From Torpedo marmorata (lineage: Eukaryota), in the NCBI GenBank assembly GCA_977017645.1, contig OZ360229.1, positions 22,816,001 through 22,880,000 on the forward strand: 64,000 bases of DNA, read 5' to 3'. The notes under the pieces were generated by a model that saw nothing but the letters and a program-made list of their open reading frames with translations, searched no databases and was not told where the DNA came from. This document shows positions 61,547-64,000 of this stretch, one piece after another. The position numbers and the translations under genes were made by a program. The number at the start of each line of letters is the position of its first letter. Position 1 is the stretch's first letter.

Positions 61547-62752
61547 CCACTGCAATTCGCCTATCGTCACAATCGCTCCACAGCAGATGCAATATCGCTG
61601 GCTCTCCACTCAGCTCTGGATCACCTCGAATACAGCAATTCATACATACGGCTGCTCTTCATCGACTACAGCTCGGCCTTCAATACCATTATTCCCTCAG
61701 TGCTGGTCAAGAAGCTACAAACTCTAGGCCTCTGTACCCCCCTCTGCAACTGGATCCTTGACTTTCTCATCGGAAGACCACAGTCAGTACGAATTTGAAA
61801 CAACATCTCCTCCTCACTGATTATCAACACAGGCGCACCCCAAGGATGCGTGCTTAGTCCACTGCTCTACTCGTTATACACCCATGTTTGTGTGGCCAGG
61901 CACAATTCCAATGCCATCTACAAGTTTGCCGATGACACCACAGTTGTCGGCAGAATCACAAACGGCAATGAGGAAGCGTACAGGAGGGAGATAGATCAGC
62001 TCGTTGAATGGTGTAACGACAACAACCTTGAGCTCAACATCAGCAAAACCAAGGAGATGATTGTGGACTTCAGGAGGAAGTCAGGGGAACACGACCCAGT
62101 CGTCATCGAGGGCTCAGTCGTGGAGAGGGTCAAGAACTTCAAATTCCTGGGTGTCAACATCTCCGAGGATTTGTCCTGGAGCATCCACGTTGATGCAATC
62201 ACAAACAAGGCTCGTCAGCGGCTATACTTTGTGAGGTGTCTGCGGAGATTCGGTATGTCACCAAAGACTCTCGTAAACTTCTACAGGTGTACCGTGGAGA
62301 GCATTCTGGCTGGTTGCATCACTGCCTGGTACGGAGGCACCAACTCCCAGGACAAGAGTAAACTCCAGAGGGTTGTTAACTCGGCCTGTGACATCACAGG
62401 CACCAAACTTCACTCCATCGAGGACATCTACATGAAGCGGTGTCTTAAAAAAGCAGCCTCTATCCTCAAAGACCCCCACCACCCAGGCCATGCCCTCTTC
62501 ACTCTGCTTCCATCGGGAAAAAGGTACAGGAGCCTAAAGACGAGCACTCGACGGCACAAGGACAGCTTCTTCCCCGCTGCCATCAGATTCCTGAATAATC
62601 AATGAACCAAAGACACTGCCTTACTTTTCGTGCACTATTGTTTATAATTTTTTTATAGTAATGTCGTTAGAATGGTTGAATGTTAATTGCACTATGATGC
62701 TGCTGCAAAACACCGAATTTCATGACTTGTTCATGACAATAAATTCTGATTC
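61547..62752 (+). mobile_element. Rex1/Babar LINE, 5'-truncated
   Basis: Motifs [27 protein letters not shown] and KFADD; near-identical to 55845-57040. Confidence 0.92.
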
Positions 62753-62917
62753 AGAGATCCTAGAGCTGACTAACGTGTTCCTATTCCTCCAAATTTTCCC
62801 AAACAATAGTTTGATCAGGTGGAACAGTTCTGCCTAGGGGAAAGTGAGTCAACTCACCTGATGTTAGAGATCGCGCGCCAGGGTTGGCGACGAGATAGTG
62901 TTAGTGAGGTGACATAA

Positions 62918-63127
62918 ACCTCTGTGTAACTTGTTGCCACAGGCAACTGTGGAAGCAAGGTCGTTGGGTGTAGGTAAGGCAGGGATTGACAGGTATTTGA
63001 TTAGTCAGAGCATCAAGGGTTTCGGGGAGAAAGCCGGGGAGTGGGAGGATGGATCAGCTCATGATTAGAATGGTGGAGCAGACTCGATGGATCAATGGGC
63101 CTACTTCTGCTCCTGTATCTTGTGATC
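62918..63127 (+). mobile_element. CR1 3' end fragment
   Basis: ggatcagctcatgattagaatggtggagcagactcgatgg...ctacttctgctcctgtatcttg, a CR1 3' UTR. Confidence 0.65.
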
Positions 63128-64000
63128 TCTCTATGTACAAGTGCCTTCCTTTTGCAGTTCTTAGACTTGTACCTTTCCTGTAGGTGTGTCAGGGAAAATG
63201 ATTAATCAGAGATGTTATTAATTTTAAAATATAAGAAAATGCTGGAAATTATCAGCAGGTCAGGCCACATATGTGGCAAGAAAAGCAGAGGCAATATTTC
63301 TCATTGAAGATGCTTCATCAGAAATGGGAAGGAGACAAAAGCAGGTTGTAAATCTGAAGCGAGAGTGACACATCTCTGATTAACTGCTACTAATTCTGCA
63401 GGTCGACTACCGAAATCAAACCTGTTCCCAAACCACAAGTCAGCACCTGTCAGTCTCAATATTCCCACAAGTCTGTGTGCAAGAATGAGTTGAACTCACC
63501 CAAGATTTCTTGTGCTACAAGTTAAACTGCAGGGCACAGACTAGGGTGACACCCATACTAACAAGTCATTGTTCATAATTATAGGATTGGAGAGAAAATC
63601 TACTTGCACAAGGAAAAGCAGGAAATTGGCCTCTGACCTGGCCCTGAAGTCCGATTCAGAACAAAGGACCAGACGAACATTTATGGAGAGCCGGTGCAGT
63701 TTGAAATGGAAAACCACTTCAATTTCACATTTCAATGGAGACTTCAATACCACCTAGAAAGAGCAGGCCATTGTGGATGTCAAGGAACGACATAGGTTGG
63801 ATGTGACTCATCGTGACAGGTCCTGGGATCGTGCCCCACCCAAGATCTGCACAGACAATCTGGACTAAACACAAGAGAACAAAACCACAAGTACGCATGC
63901 CATCAATGAGACAATAATAGAGACTACATTTTGTCGTCCAATGTAGGTTCTTCCATTCCGTGGTAGTAATCTAAAAGCACAAGAATTGCTCCCAGGCTTC

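Overview
This window is eukaryotic, repeat-dense vertebrate DNA, most likely from a cartilaginous fish. That is inferred from HE1/V-SINE-like SINEs together with Rex1/Babar, CR1, L1-clade and Penelope retroelements. The only host-gene segment I can support is the 126-nt first coding exon of an ASAP-family Arf-GAP gene (ASAP3-like; minus strand, 30549-30674) with a CpG-rich promoter. Sequence to its left is presumably intron 1, and no exon 2 was recognised. The rest is mostly transposable elements. These include a 14-kb nest of L1-clade LINEs (4846-19136) with readable target-site duplications (TSDs) and twin-priming 5' inversions, and a Penelope RT/GIY-YIG element carrying a minimal hammerhead-ribozyme motif. 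There is also a 5S-rRNA-derived SINE (2 copies) and several DNA-transposon MITEs. A full-length Gypsy LTR element (37066-41577) has no tRNA primer-binding site; instead it has a 14-nt sequence complementary to its own LTR, suggesting self-priming. There is one assembly gap (25726-26020). All family names come from motif recognition by eye; no searches were run.
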